Assembly (NCBI GenBank): GCA_943789165.1
Contig: CALSTB010000003.1
Location: 391,454-455,453, forward strand
DNA from: an uncultured Bacteroidia bacterium
GTDB lineage: Bacteria; Bacteroidota; Bacteroidia; NS11-12g; UBA9320
Length of the DNA stretch: 64,000 nt
Direction: 5' to 3'
The notes below the pieces were generated by a model. It had not been told where the DNA came from. It was given only the letters and a program-made list of their open reading frames with translations, and ran no database searches. Positions 1-8,705 of this stretch are shown here, one piece after another; position 1 is the first letter of the stretch, and every line of letters begins with the position of its first letter. A program made the translations under genes and the position numbers.

Positions 1-105
1 TGCCAATTTCTGAGTTGAGTAATTTTTAGTTTGAATTTTTCTTAATACCGAATTTCTAAAAAATACTTCTTTCTTTAATTCGTAAGGTATCCGACTAATT
101 TTCAT
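1..105 (-). CDS. 5' end of a gene running off the left edge; possibly an XRE-type helix-turn-helix regulator
   Basis: Own minus-strand translation from the ATG at 103-105 gives MKISRIPYELKKEVFFRNSVLRKIQTKNYSTQKLA. The LRKIQTKNYSTQKLA stretch resembles the start of XRE-family HTH domains. Only 35 codons are visible. Confidence 0.25.
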   Translation of the reverse strand, partial: MKISRIPYELKKEVFFRNSVLRKIQTKNYSTQKLA

Positions 106-310
106 TGCTTCTTATTGTTCTTGTAGGCCGACAAAGTTACTGTAAAAATGGGAGTATCATTTTCCGATACCTCTCAATTTGCATCAACAATATCTAACCA
201 ACAACCTGCTTTATCACTTGTACTTTCGTCTAAAAGTACCTACATCCAATTATTTTGAGGCTGACACCGTTAAGTCTTACATTTGTTAACAATGGTCATA
301 ACGAACTAAA

Positions 311-1069
311 GTGCCTCAAGTAAATAAAGACGTCATCATTATAGGAGGTGGTCTTGCCGGACTAACGCTCGCATTACAGCTAAAATTGGCCAAACCTGAT
401 GTGCAAATAGTTGTCCTAGAAAAGCGAAAAGACAGTGCAATAGAAACTGCTTTTAAAGTTGGGGAGTCATCGAGTGAGTTGGGAGCTATTTACCTATTAG
501 ACAAACTGGGTTTAAAAGAACATCTCGATGCCAAACACTTGACAAAAATTGGTACACGATTTTTTATTAAACCTAAAACTTCACCAAATCTTTCCTATCG
601 CGTCGAGATCGGTCCTGAAATTCCTGAGCTGCAACAAACCATGCACGTCGATAGAGGTGTTCTGGAAAATCAACTTGTAGAGCTTGCTAGAGACAGAGGC
701 ATTGATCTAAGATTAGGCGCCAAAGTCAAGAATATCTCCATCAACAACAAAGCCCATAATGTCACTTTTTCTATTGACCAAGAGGTTGCTACCATCCATA
801 GTAAATGGGTTGTAGATGCCACTGGAAGAAATGGCATACTCAAAAAAGAGCTTGGGCTAGATAAAAAATTGGATCACAACTTGAATGCGGCTTGGTTTCG
901 GATTGACCGCGTAATTGACATTGATCACTGGATCAAAAATGACAAGGTTGCGAGTCAGTGGGTCGGATTGTTTGATGAGCATAGGTGGCATGGCCTATGG
1001 CATGGGTTGGGCTACTTGACTGGTTCTTCGTCATATCCGGCTTTGTTTTGTGCAATTTCACATTCGTGA
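311..1069 (+). pseudogene. FAD-dependent oxidoreductase (flavin monooxygenase/halogenase-like), C-terminally truncated
   Basis: GTG start followed by the dinucleotide-binding motif VIIIGGGLAGLTLAL, then VGESSSELG and DATGRNG motifs. Such enzymes are usually about twice this length. Family-like sequence fades around 960-1010, and the final codons are the antisense of a cysS fragment. Confidence 0.5.
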
Positions 1070-1164
1070 TGTGGGAATTTTAAATCCATTCCACCTCCAT
1101 GAATATCGAATTGTTTACCCAAATACTTGGTGCTCATCACGGAGCATTCAAGATGCCAAAAAGC
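1013..1164 (-). pseudogene. cysS: Internal ~50-codon fragment of cysteinyl-tRNA synthetase
   Basis: Own minus-strand translation gives [49 protein letters not shown] followed by a stop. This matches the conserved CysS core (GWHxECS ... DIHGGGxDLxFPHHExEIAQ). No N- or C-terminal CysS sequence flanks it. Confidence 0.6.
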
Positions 1165-1178
1165 GCCATTGCACTTAA

Positions 1179-2207
1179 AATCGAATCAAAAGAAAACACA
1201 AGGTTCATCAAAAAGAGAATGACGATGACATTAAACCAGATGACAAACCCGCTGAATTAAACAACTATACTGCCAGCGGTAGTTATGGTGATGTAATTAG
1301 GTATCAGATTGACGAAACCAATCACCTTTTCAAATATTATAACGAAACCACAGGGGAGTCGGACAGTGGTGCCTATACCAAAACCAACAATGCCAATATC
1401 TCTGGAGTTTATGAAATTGGCTTTAGCGGGAACACCTATCACGTGATAGAATTGGCCGACAAAGTTATAGCCACTTCAGCTCCATCAGGAAGGTTAGAAA
1501 ACAAACTATGTTTTGGTATTACCGCAGATCTGAACTTATCTGCGACTTACTCAATGAGCGATTTGGCTGGGAAGTATTTGTTTATCACCTACGATGATTT
1601 TAGTAGTGATGAAAACTGGGGTGGGTATGAACTCTTAGCTAATGGCACCTTCACCTGGAATATTGGTCCAGATGATGAAGCTGACTTTGATGTAAACACA
1701 CATTTCTCAGGCGGTGGAACAGGCACCTGGGCTATATCGCCAACCGACCCGTCTCGGGTGATATTTACGGAAGCTGGAATCGATTATACTGGAACCATTT
1801 ACCCAGGAAAGGCAATGTTGCTAGATAACGGCGTTGGCCAAGGTTACACCATTGGTATCAACTACCCTTCAACCCATGTAACTCAATCTGCCGTGGCTGG
1901 TTCTTATAGGGCTTTGGACATTACCACCGACGGTGAAACTGGTGTTGGGACCTACACCATGCCGGCAAGTGGCGGAAATTTAAGCTATTACGTAAACTAT
2001 TCAGGTGTCACAGGAATAGATTCTGGGACGGCTACGAATTTTAGTCCTGTACCTCAGATTAACAATATGTTTAAAGCAAGTGCCGACTATGACGGAGAAA
2101 CCTTTACCACCTGGTTCGTTTTGCTTCCAGGAGAGGTAATGCTCCATTTTAGTGCTGGTGAATCAACTGGTTTGGTTGGTTATGGCGTTGGTGCGAAACT
2201 GGATTAA
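1179..2207 (+). pseudogene. Secreted/lipoprotein-like hypothetical protein that appears to lack its 5' end
   Basis: The frame is open and protein-like from 1179 (KENDDDIKPDDKPAELNNYTASGSYGDVIRYQIDE...). No ATG, GTG or TTG occurs before the GTG at 1443, and no signal peptide is present. The listed ORF 1443-2207 is the 3' part of this frame. Confidence 0.45.
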
Positions 2208-2233
2208 GTATTCAAATATTGGTTTCCTTTGTA

Positions 2234-2259
2234 AAAAGCGCTCTAATTGGGGCGCTTTT
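2234..2259 (+). terminator. Rho-independent terminator-like hairpin
   Basis: aaaagcgc-tctaattggg-gcgctttt: a GC stem followed by a T run, 27 nt after the stop at 2207. Confidence 0.45.
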
Positions 2260-2263
2260 GCTG

Positions 2264-2635
2264 TCAAGGCTCGTGTTTTCTTAATCGCTTCTTGATAAAA
2301 CAAAAAAAGCCCTTCGTGAGAAGAGCTTTTTGCGGTCCGGATCTTGACAATTGCTTTAACGAAAGCAATTGGTCAAGGCTCACAATACCATTACTATATT
2401 TCATCATGAAGCCATACAATCTTGCACGAGAAAGATTCTTTAGCTTCATCTCAAGTTTATATGCTTCTGACTTTGTTTCCTTTTCTGTCGACCATATCAA
2501 CCTCCATGGTGTTCCTTTTTTTGTATACCTTACTCGCCCAGCGTTGTGGCGCTTTAGCCTTTGAGTTAAATTAGAAGTGTGCCCTTTGTAGAAACTATCA
2601 AGTTTTGTGGAATACAACACATACACGTGGTACAT
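2264..2635 (-). CDS. GIY-YIG nuclease family protein (UPF0213-like)
   Basis: MYHVYVLYS...FYKGHTSNL..RLKRHNAG...YTKKGTPWRLIW.E...SEA.KLE.K.K matches the GIY...YxG...R...H...E layout of small GIY-YIG proteins. ATG at 2635 is preferred over the TTG at 2656. The last ~40 codons run through a hairpin repeat and a copied tRNA terminator, so the true C-terminus is uncertain. Confidence 0.7.
   Translation of the reverse strand: MYHVYVLYSTKLDSFYKGHTSNLTQRLKRHNAGRVRYTKKGTPWRLIWSTEKETKSEAYKLEMKLKNLSRARLYGFMMKYSNGIVSLDQLLSLKQLSRSGPQKALLTKGFFCFIKKRLRKHEP
2286..2341 (-). repeat. Copy 1 of a direct repeat: last ~10 nt of tRNA-Asp plus its terminator and downstream sequence
   Basis: cgcttcttgataaaacaaaaaaagccc...agagctttttgcggtccgga closely matches 2795-2850. 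On the minus strand it reads CCGGACCGCA, then a stem (AGCUCUUC/GAAGGGCU), then a U run. Confidence 0.65.
2343..2381. repeat. Hairpin repeat Y1 (15-bp stem with one bulge)
   Basis: cttgacaattgcttt-aacg-aaagcaattGgtcaag-gctc. A near-identical copy lies at 2745-2782. Confidence 0.7.
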
Positions 2636-2744
2636 AGTCTTTAGTTTGACCCCCAATGTAATTCCCCGGAGCTAAGAATGTCTATCTAACTCTCCAGAAA
2701 AAAGGAAGAAATCTCCTTATACGATTGCATGTTACGGTCAGCAC

Positions 2745-2782
2745 CCTGACAATTGCTTCAACAAAGCAATTCGTCAAGGCTC
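2745..2782. repeat. Hairpin repeat Y2
   Basis: cctgacaattgctt-caac-aagcaattCgtcaag-gctc. Same palindrome as 2343-2381 with a few substitutions. Confidence 0.7.
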
Positions 2783-2794
2783 CTTATCTATAAA

Positions 2795-2850
2795 CGCTTC
2801 TTGATAAAACAAAAAAAGCCCCCCAAATGGAGAGCTTTTTGCGGTCTGGA
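2795..2850 (-). repeat. Copy 2 of the direct repeat (authentic tRNA-Asp 3' end plus terminator)
   Basis: Aligns with 2286-2341 and overlaps the 3' acceptor strand of the intact tRNA. Confidence 0.65.
2811..2836 (-). terminator. Intrinsic terminator of the tRNA-Asp transcript
   Basis: The minus strand reads AGCUCUCC-AUUU-GGGGGGCU followed by UUUUUUU. The 8-bp stem includes G-U pairs and starts 5 nt after the tRNA. Confidence 0.6.
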
Positions 2851-2915
2851 CGGGACTCGAACCCGCGACCCCCTGCGTGACAGGCAGGTATTCTAACCAA
2901 CTGAACTACCGAACC
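2842..2915 (-). tRNA. tRNA-Asp (anticodon GUC)
   Basis: Hand-folded cloverleaf on the minus strand: GGTTCGG / TA / GTTC-AGTTGGTTA-GAAT / A / CCTGC-CTGTCAC-GCAGG / GGGTC / GCGGG-TTCGAGT-CCCGT / CCAGACC / G. The anticodon stem is perfect and the T loop is TTCGAGT. One C5-A68 mismatch lies in the acceptor stem. No encoded CCA. Confidence 0.85.
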
Positions 2916-2944
2916 GTAATTCAAATTTAAAACGTTGTTTCTTT

Positions 2945-2994
2945 GGTTCGCGTGACAGGCATCCGTCGGCTGACGGAAACTGAACTACCGAACC
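2945..2994 (-). pseudogene. Degenerate tRNA-Asp copy (tRNA-like minihelix)
   Basis: The minus strand reads GGTTCGGTAGTTCAG-TTTCCGTCAGCCGACGGAT-GCCTGTCACGC-GAACC. The first 15 nt and the anticodon-loop segment are identical to the intact tRNA. The D-arm region is replaced by a 6-bp hairpin and the T arm is absent. The termini GGTTCG/CGAACC still pair. Confidence 0.6.
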
Positions 2995-3043
2995 GTAGAA
3001 TAAAACTTTACTGAATTCCTTCAGACCGTTTTAAATTGGTGTG

Positions 3044-3051
3044 CAAATATA
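3044..3051 (-). promoter_or_regulatory. Bacteroidota -7 promoter box (TATATTTG) for the minus-strand tRNA unit
   Basis: The reverse complement of caaatata matches TAnnTTTG. A TTG lies 16 nt upstream on the same strand, and the tRNA-like element begins ~50 nt downstream. Confidence 0.4.
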
Positions 3052-3121
3052 GATTTTTGAGTAAAAACAAATTAATTTTTTTTCAATTTTATCGGTAAAT
3101 AATAGACTGAGTAATTATTTC

Positions 3122-3129
3122 TAAATTTG
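3122..3129 (+). promoter_or_regulatory. -7 promoter box (TAAATTTG) upstream of accA
   Basis: Exact TAnnTTTG match 25 nt before the accA ATG. Confidence 0.4.
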
Positions 3130-3154
3130 CCCCTCATTTCGAACGATTCATTCT

Positions 3155-4114
3155 ATGATGTTATTGGATTTTGAAAAGCCTATTGAAGAGTTAATGGAGC
3201 AGCTTGAAAAAGCGGAAGCAACCCATGAAAAAGGGAAGGTCGACATGACTGATACCATTGAACAGCTTCAAGGAAAAATTGATCAAACCCGTAAAAGTTT
3301 ATATAAAAACTTAACCGGTTGGCAGAAGGTTCAGGTGTCAAGACACCCAGACCGACCTTATACTTTAGACTATATTGAGGGCATGACCAGCAACTTTATT
3401 GAGTTGCACGGTGATAGAAACATGGGTGACGACAAAGCCATCGTTGGCGGTTTTGCGTCAATCGACAATTATCCGGTGATGATTTTAGGTCACCAAAAAG
3501 GTCGAAACACCAAAGAACGTCAGTTCCGTAACTTCGGTATGGCCAATCCGGAAGGATACAGAAAAGCGCTTCGATTTATGAAGCTTGCCGAAAAATTTAA
3601 CCGCCCTATCATCACTTTAATCGACACTCCCGGCGCATCTCCAGGTTTGGAAGCTGAGGAAAGAGGTCAAGGGGAAGCCATTGCGAGAAACTTAATGGAA
3701 ATGGCAGTGCTAAAAGTGCCCATCATTTGTATCGTTATTGGCGAAGGTGCTTCTGGTGGTGCCTTGGGTATCGGTGTGGGTGATCGTATCGCCATGCTCG
3801 AAAATTCTTGGTATTCGGTTATTTCTCCAGAAAACTGTTCTACTATTTTGTGGCACAGCTGGGAATTCAAAGAAAAAGCGGCTGAAGCATTGAAGCTGAC
3901 TGGCGATGACATGTTGAAAAACGGTCTAATCGATAAAATCATCAAAGAGCCTTTAGGTGGCGCGCATAGTGATCGAGAAACTATGTTTAAGACTGTCAAA
4001 AACGAAATCAAGAAAACGCTTAAAGAATTGAAGGGCTTAAGTACCGAAGATTTAATCAATCAACGTATCGAGAAATTCAGCAACATGGGTGTTGTCGAAG
4101 AGGCTCAAGAATAA
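3155..4114 (+). CDS. accA: Acetyl-CoA carboxylase carboxyltransferase subunit alpha
   Basis: Carries the motifs [40 protein letters not shown] and [10 protein letters not shown]. Length is typical at 319 aa. Confidence 0.93.
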   Translation: MMLLDFEKPIEELMEQLEKAEATHEKGKVDMTDTIEQLQGKIDQTRKSLYKNLTGWQKVQVSRHPDRPYTLDYIEGMTSNFIELHGDRNMGDDKAIVGGFASIDNYPVMILGHQKGRNTKERQFRNFGMANPEGYRKALRFMKLAEKFNRPIITLIDTPGASPGLEAEERGQGEAIARNLMEMAVLKVPIICIVIGEGASGGALGIGVGDRIAMLENSWYSVISPENCSTILWHSWEFKEKAAEALKLTGDDMLKNGLIDKIIKEPLGGAHSDRETMFKTVKNEIKKTLKELKGLSTEDLINQRIEKFSNMGVVEEAQE

Positions 4115-4674
4115 TAACTTCCCGAAGAAGGCCCGCAGTTAAACAACAAGTCTAGAAAACTGAGATTTGCTACAAAGCCATATTTTTCTTCAAAGACTTG
4201 GTGGTAAGTAATCACCTGTGGTTTGTTGTCTCTTTCTAACTCATCTAATCCTCGGTAAGCATCAGAACATGTTATTTCTTTGTCGAGCTGAAGATATTGC
4301 ACTCCGAACTCAATTGATTTTATATTCAAGTCAATTAAAAATTTTGGCTTCTGCTGCAGTATGTTTTCAAAACCATGTGCGTAAAACTCGTAAAACGGAG
4401 AACGGTTATAAGCCGTTTTAATGCTTCTAAGATGATTCGTTACCCAATCTTCACTATAGCTTATTTGAACGTCCTTGAGCGTTGTACGTGACTTTTTAAG
4501 CGTGGGTATCGAAAGGCTTTGTCTACCGTTGGGTCCAGCAATTTCATACCGACTCCTAAAACTCTGTTTCACCCAGTTTTCGTGAACTTCAAGTAAAACC
4601 GAATCTTGCTCGACAAATTCTTGAAACCAGCTAACGCTAGGAAACACATGTAAAGGTAAAACGCTAGGATTCAT
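4105..4674 (-). CDS. WbqC family protein
   Basis: 189 aa with the WbqC-like layout: [22 protein letters not shown]...LSIP, W...HL.SI.TAY..SPFYEFY. Called by memory of the family, not by a search. Confidence 0.55.
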   Translation of the reverse strand: MNPSVLPLHVFPSVSWFQEFVEQDSVLLEVHENWVKQSFRSRYEIAGPNGRQSLSIPTLKKSRTTLKDVQISYSEDWVTNHLRSIKTAYNRSPFYEFYAHGFENILQQKPKFLIDLNIKSIEFGVQYLQLDKEITCSDAYRGLDELERDNKPQVITYHQVFEEKYGFVANLSFLDLLFNCGPSSGSYYS

Positions 4675-5167
4675 TTTGAAGGGATGCTAAATCCGCCAAT
4701 AGTTGGGATACAGATTTTTCTAACAATGGGTGAACATAGTCTGGTACTATTTCTTGTAATGGCTCAAGCACAAACTTCCTTTCATGCATAAAGGGGTGGG
4801 GTATTTCCAATATATCCGATTGATAGACCATGTTGCCGTAAAAAATGATGTCTATGTCAATGATTCTTGGTCCCCATTTCTCCTGTCTGACCCGGCCTAG
4901 TTCTACCTCTAAATGCAAAATAGAATCAAGGACAACCGTTGGTTTGATGTTGGTAGAATACACCAAAGCCATGTTTAAAAACGAATCTTGATCGGTTTTA
5001 CCCCAAGGTGGCGTTTCGTACACCGAAGACATTTCGACGGGTTCCCCAAACAACGCTTTTAACCCATCCATGGCCAGCAACAAATTTTTGGCCCTATCCC
5101 CAACATTAGTGCCCAATAACAGCACTAAAAGTTCGGGTCGATGTGTTATTTCAAAATCTCTGTCCAT
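4664..5167 (-). CDS. folK: 2-amino-4-hydroxy-6-hydroxymethyldihydropteridine diphosphokinase
   Basis: Carries LLLGTNVGDR, SSVYETPPWG, WGPRIIDIDIIFY, IPHPFMHERKFVLEPL. Confidence 0.9.
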   Translation of the reverse strand: MDRDFEITHRPELLVLLLGTNVGDRAKNLLLAMDGLKALFGEPVEMSSVYETPPWGKTDQDSFLNMALVYSTNIKPTVVLDSILHLEVELGRVRQEKWGPRIIDIDIIFYGNMVYQSDILEIPHPFMHERKFVLEPLQEIVPDYVHPLLEKSVSQLLADLASLQNES

Positions 5168-5237
5168 GAATTCGGTTCAAAGGTCTAATAAATTACATCC
5201 TCCTCCAAGTTCCTTCCTGGATGTCAAGGCAAATGCA

Positions 5238-5245
5238 TACATTTG
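5238..5245 (+). promoter_or_regulatory. -7 promoter box (TACATTTG) ending 3 nt before an ATG
   Basis: Exact TAnnTTTG match. The ATG at 5249 follows almost immediately, which implies a leaderless or near-leaderless mRNA. Confidence 0.35.
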
Positions 5246-5248
5246 TTT

Positions 5249-5632
5249 ATGGATACTCAGCAAATTCTGATCTTAATTGGTTTTGCCATTTACTATTTCA
5301 TTCGAGCAAGTGGTAAAAAAGAAAAAGATCAAAAAGTTCAGCCAAAAAAACGCCCTCAGCAGCGCACAAATCAAGCGCCGCAAAGAAGTATTGAAGATAT
5401 TTTACGAGACTTAGCAGGCGACACAGCTCCAGAACGCACGAAGGAAGTGTTCATTGAGCCGGAAGAAATAATCGTTGAAACAGCAACGGAAAACACACCA
5501 CGTAGACCTCATACCGATTCAACACCCATTAAAAAAGTCGAGTTGTCGCATGATGATGAGGAGGATAATTCGTTTGACCTACGACAGGCAGTAATTAATG
5601 ATGCTATTCTGAATCGACCGCATCAGTGGTAG
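5249..5632 (+). CDS. Hypothetical protein: one N-terminal TM helix plus a charged, disordered tail
   Basis: ILILIGFAIYYFI is followed by a K/E/P/Q-rich sequence. No recognisable domain. Confidence 0.45.
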   Translation: MDTQQILILIGFAIYYFIRASGKKEKDQKVQPKKRPQQRTNQAPQRSIEDILRDLAGDTAPERTKEVFIEPEEIIVETATENTPRRPHTDSTPIKKVELSHDDEEDNSFDLRQAVINDAILNRPHQW

Positions 5633-6116
5633 ACGATCCTTTGAATACCCAAATCTTTTGACCTAGGAAATTAACCACACTACTCACTCCAGTGGCAAGG
5701 ATAAATGCAAACAATTTGTCCGTTTTAAAGGCGAGCAAGCTGTTAGAAACCGCTTCGTGATTGGTAAAAATCACCGATATCTCATCATCTTTAAAAGTGT
5801 GTAAACCCCACTTATTGATCAAAATGTTGATGACGAAGGATACGAGATAAAGCAAACCGAAATTTAATAACCGTTTGTTGTTGCGGTCAGACGTTCGCCA
5901 TGTCCAGTATTTATTTAGGTTGTAAGTGACGAAGGTTCCCGTCATAAATCCCAAACCCTTGTAAACGTCGTTCCAATGTAGTCCGCTTATGGCAAAATCA
6001 TTCGCGTTTCCGGCCAAATTACTTAGGCCGTAGTACACGGCAAAATCAACAAAGACAGCGATGATTCCACTTATTGTGAATTTGGTTATTTGCTTACTTG
6101 TTTGATAGATTGCCAT
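5604..6116 (-). CDS. GtrA family membrane protein
   Basis: KFTISGIIAVFVDFAVYYGL and a C-terminal FLGQKIWVF are typical of the 4-TM GtrA-like family. ATG at 6116 is preferred over the TTG at 6161. Confidence 0.65.
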   Translation of the reverse strand: MAIYQTSKQITKFTISGIIAVFVDFAVYYGLSNLAGNANDFAISGLHWNDVYKGLGFMTGTFVTYNLNKYWTWRTSDRNNKRLLNFGLLYLVSFVINILINKWGLHTFKDDEISVIFTNHEAVSNSLLAFKTDKLFAFILATGVSSVVNFLGQKIWVFKGSSTTDAVDSE

Positions 6117-6190
6117 TCGCTGAAAAGAAGGCAAAAATAAGCCATTTGCAATTTTGACCAATTAATGTGTGTTGTGCACGACATATAATT

Positions 6191-6198
6191 TATATTTG
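6191..6198 (+). promoter_or_regulatory. -7 promoter box (TATATTTG) upstream of guaB
   Basis: Exact TAnnTTTG match 35 nt before the guaB ATG. Confidence 0.4.
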
Positions 6199-6233
6199 CA
6201 CCGCAAATAATAGCCGCATTTAATTATTTGCAC

Positions 6234-7706
6234 ATGTCTAACGATTCTCACTCAAAAATTTCTTATCACGGTTTAACTTTCGACGATGTCTTGGTATTGC
6301 CAAAGTATTCTGAAGTATTACCTCGTGACGTTTCCACCCACACCCGTTTAACCAAAAAACTATCTATCAACGTACCGATCATTTCAGCTGCGATGGATAC
6401 GGTTACCGAAAGCAAGCTTGCTATTGCCATAGCACGTGAAGGGGGTATCGGTATCATTCATAAAAACATGTCGATTGAAGCTCAAGCAGCTGAGGTAAAA
6501 AGAGTGAAACGATCTGAAAGTGGCATGATCAAAGACCCAATCACCTTAACCGGTGCTGCGACCTTAAGACAGGCCTTGGCCTTAATGAAGGAACACCGAA
6601 TTGGTGGTATTCCTGTCGTTGATGATCAGGGCATCCTAAAAGGCATCATCACAAACCGAGACTTGCGATTTGAAAAAATCATGACCAAGCCAATTTCGGA
6701 AGTGATGACAAAAGACAATTTGATAACCACCGACGTTGATACTGATTTAACCAAAGCCAAGGATATTTTACAACAACACAAGATTGAGAAACTTCCTGTT
6801 GTTGATGCCAATGGTGTATTGGTCGGACTAATTACTTTCAAAGACATCGAGAAGGTTAAAAACCACCCAGCGTCGTCCAAAGATTCCTTTGGTAGATTGT
6901 TGGTAGGTGCCGCTGTTGGTATTACAGCAGATACAATTGATCGTGTCAAAGCCTTGGTTGAGGAGGAAGTAGATGTTATCACATTAGACACCGCACACGG
7001 ACATTCTAAAGGCGTGGCTGATGAATTGAAAAAAATCAAAAAACAATATCCAAACCTACAAGTCATTGTAGGAAATGTGGCCACAGCAGATGCGGCTAGA
7101 TTTTTAGCCGAAGCAGGTGCAGACGCTATTAAGGTGGGTGTTGGACCAGGTTCTATTTGTACCACACGAATCATTGCAGGAATTGGTGTTCCTCAATTAT
7201 CCGCCATCATTGAATGCGCTCAAGTAGCCAAAGAATACGATGTACCCATCGTTGCAGATGGTGGCATCCGTTATAGCGGCGACCTTGTAAAAGCCCTTGT
7301 AGGTGGAGCAGATTGCATCATGGCAGGATCTCTATTTGCTGGAACTGAAGAAGCTCCAGGTGAAACAAGTATCTACGAAGGAAGAAAGGTCAAATCTTAC
7401 CGAGGAATGGGAAGTATTGAGGCAATGAAGAAGGGCAGTAGCGACCGTTATTTTCAAGATGCCGAAGAAGGTATTGCTAAACTAGTCCCAGAAGGTATCG
7501 TTGGTACAGTACCATATAAAGGAAGTTTACAAGAAGTGATTTACCAATATGTTGGTGGATTACGTGCTGGCATGGGCTATTGCGGAGCAAAAAACATTGA
7601 AGAATTAAAGAATGCGAGCTTTACTAAAATTACTGGAAGCGGTATGCGGGAAAGCCATCCTCACGATATCAATATCACCAAAGAAGCACCAAATTATAGT
7701 CGATAA
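6234..7706 (+). CDS. guaB: IMP dehydrogenase
   Basis: [10 protein letters not shown], a CBS pair, the catalytic loop [12 protein letters not shown], and [11 protein letters not shown] at 6234 is preferred over the TTG at 6228. Confidence 0.95.
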   Translation: MSNDSHSKISYHGLTFDDVLVLPKYSEVLPRDVSTHTRLTKKLSINVPIISAAMDTVTESKLAIAIAREGGIGIIHKNMSIEAQAAEVKRVKRSESGMIKDPITLTGAATLRQALALMKEHRIGGIPVVDDQGILKGIITNRDLRFEKIMTKPISEVMTKDNLITTDVDTDLTKAKDILQQHKIEKLPVVDANGVLVGLITFKDIEKVKNHPASSKDSFGRLLVGAAVGITADTIDRVKALVEEEVDVITLDTAHGHSKGVADELKKIKKQYPNLQVIVGNVATADAARFLAEAGADAIKVGVGPGSICTTRIIAGIGVPQLSAIIECAQVAKEYDVPIVADGGIRYSGDLVKALVGGADCIMAGSLFAGTEEAPGETSIYEGRKVKSYRGMGSIEAMKKGSSDRYFQDAEEGIAKLVPEGIVGTVPYKGSLQEVIYQYVGGLRAGMGYCGAKNIEELKNASFTKITGSGMRESHPHDINITKEAPNYSR

Positions 7707-8653
7707 TGCGTATTTACCTTTTGTTACAAATCGTTTGCTGTGTTGCTTTGACGACCTACGGCCAAGACGAAGAATATGTAACAAATTCAAAAGGTGAGAA
7801 TGTTGTCTTATATAGTGATGGAACCTGGGGCTATCGAAAAGATTTTAACTTCACCAAGGTTAAACCCACACTACTTACAAAGCCTTCATTTACAGGTAAC
7901 ACGCTTGATTCTGGAAAAGCCGTCTCTTCGGTTAAGCTTAAAAAAGTGTTTGAAGAATCGTCGTCTGATTATAAACCAGATGCATGGCTAAAACGCAATG
8001 ACTTACAACTGAATAGTTACATTTACAGCATGTCAAAAATGAACTATCAGCATGTCCCACATAAAATACCAACCAAATATGAAGGCAGTATCATCACCCA
8101 ACGTTTTGTCGACTCAAATTACAATTATGTTGTGTATGAAGGAAAGAGAAATAGCGGTCGGTATTTAGTTATACTTAACAAAGCGCTCGATTCCGTGGTT
8201 GCGGCCTTAGATTTCTATTATTATCAAAAAGCTCCCGTGAGCCGTAAATACGGTTACGAAGGTTATAATTTCACCAGTCAAGGCATTGCCTGGTTGTCAT
8301 GCATAAACGACACGTTATATGTCTCTACGCATCACCGCACCTATAGTGATTCTTCGGAAGGTAAAAATGGCTACATCACCTGCCTAGATTTAAAAACAAA
8401 TAAGGTCGTTTGGCGAAGCCAACCGCTTATCTCAAATGCAAGTTCGTTTGCACTGTATGGGGATTATATCTTTAGTGGATATGGCTTTACAGAAGAAGAC
8501 GATTATATCTATTGCTTAAATCGCTATACAGGGCAAGTCGTCTTAAAACACAAGTTGAAAAAAGGCCCAGACTACATTATTCTAAAAGACGATCAATTAT
8601 ATGTGAGGACATACGACAAAAACTACGTGTTTGATATAATCGATTCGGATTAG
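7706..8653 (+). CDS. Secreted hypothetical protein with a PQQ/beta-propeller-like C-terminal part
   Basis: Signal peptide [20 protein letters not shown]. The stretch VVWRSQPL...YIFSGYG...YIYCLNRYTGQVV resembles PQQ-like propeller blades. The ATG overlaps the guaB stop (TAATG). Confidence 0.45.
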   Translation: MRIYLLLQIVCCVALTTYGQDEEYVTNSKGENVVLYSDGTWGYRKDFNFTKVKPTLLTKPSFTGNTLDSGKAVSSVKLKKVFEESSSDYKPDAWLKRNDLQLNSYIYSMSKMNYQHVPHKIPTKYEGSIITQRFVDSNYNYVVYEGKRNSGRYLVILNKALDSVVAALDFYYYQKAPVSRKYGYEGYNFTSQGIAWLSCINDTLYVSTHHRTYSDSSEGKNGYITCLDLKTNKVVWRSQPLISNASSFALYGDYIFSGYGFTEEDDYIYCLNRYTGQVVLKHKLKKGPDYIILKDDQLYVRTYDKNYVFDIIDSD

Positions 8654-8705
8654 GGTCCAAGGCGTTTCCGAACTTTAACTAAAGATGTAGAGTCAATGCA
8701 GGGAA

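Noticed and set aside
2247-2564. 105-aa plus-strand ORF overlapping the GIY-YIG gene
   Set aside because: It is the antisense of a recognisable GIY-YIG protein and reads through the hairpin and terminator repeats. No protein-like features.
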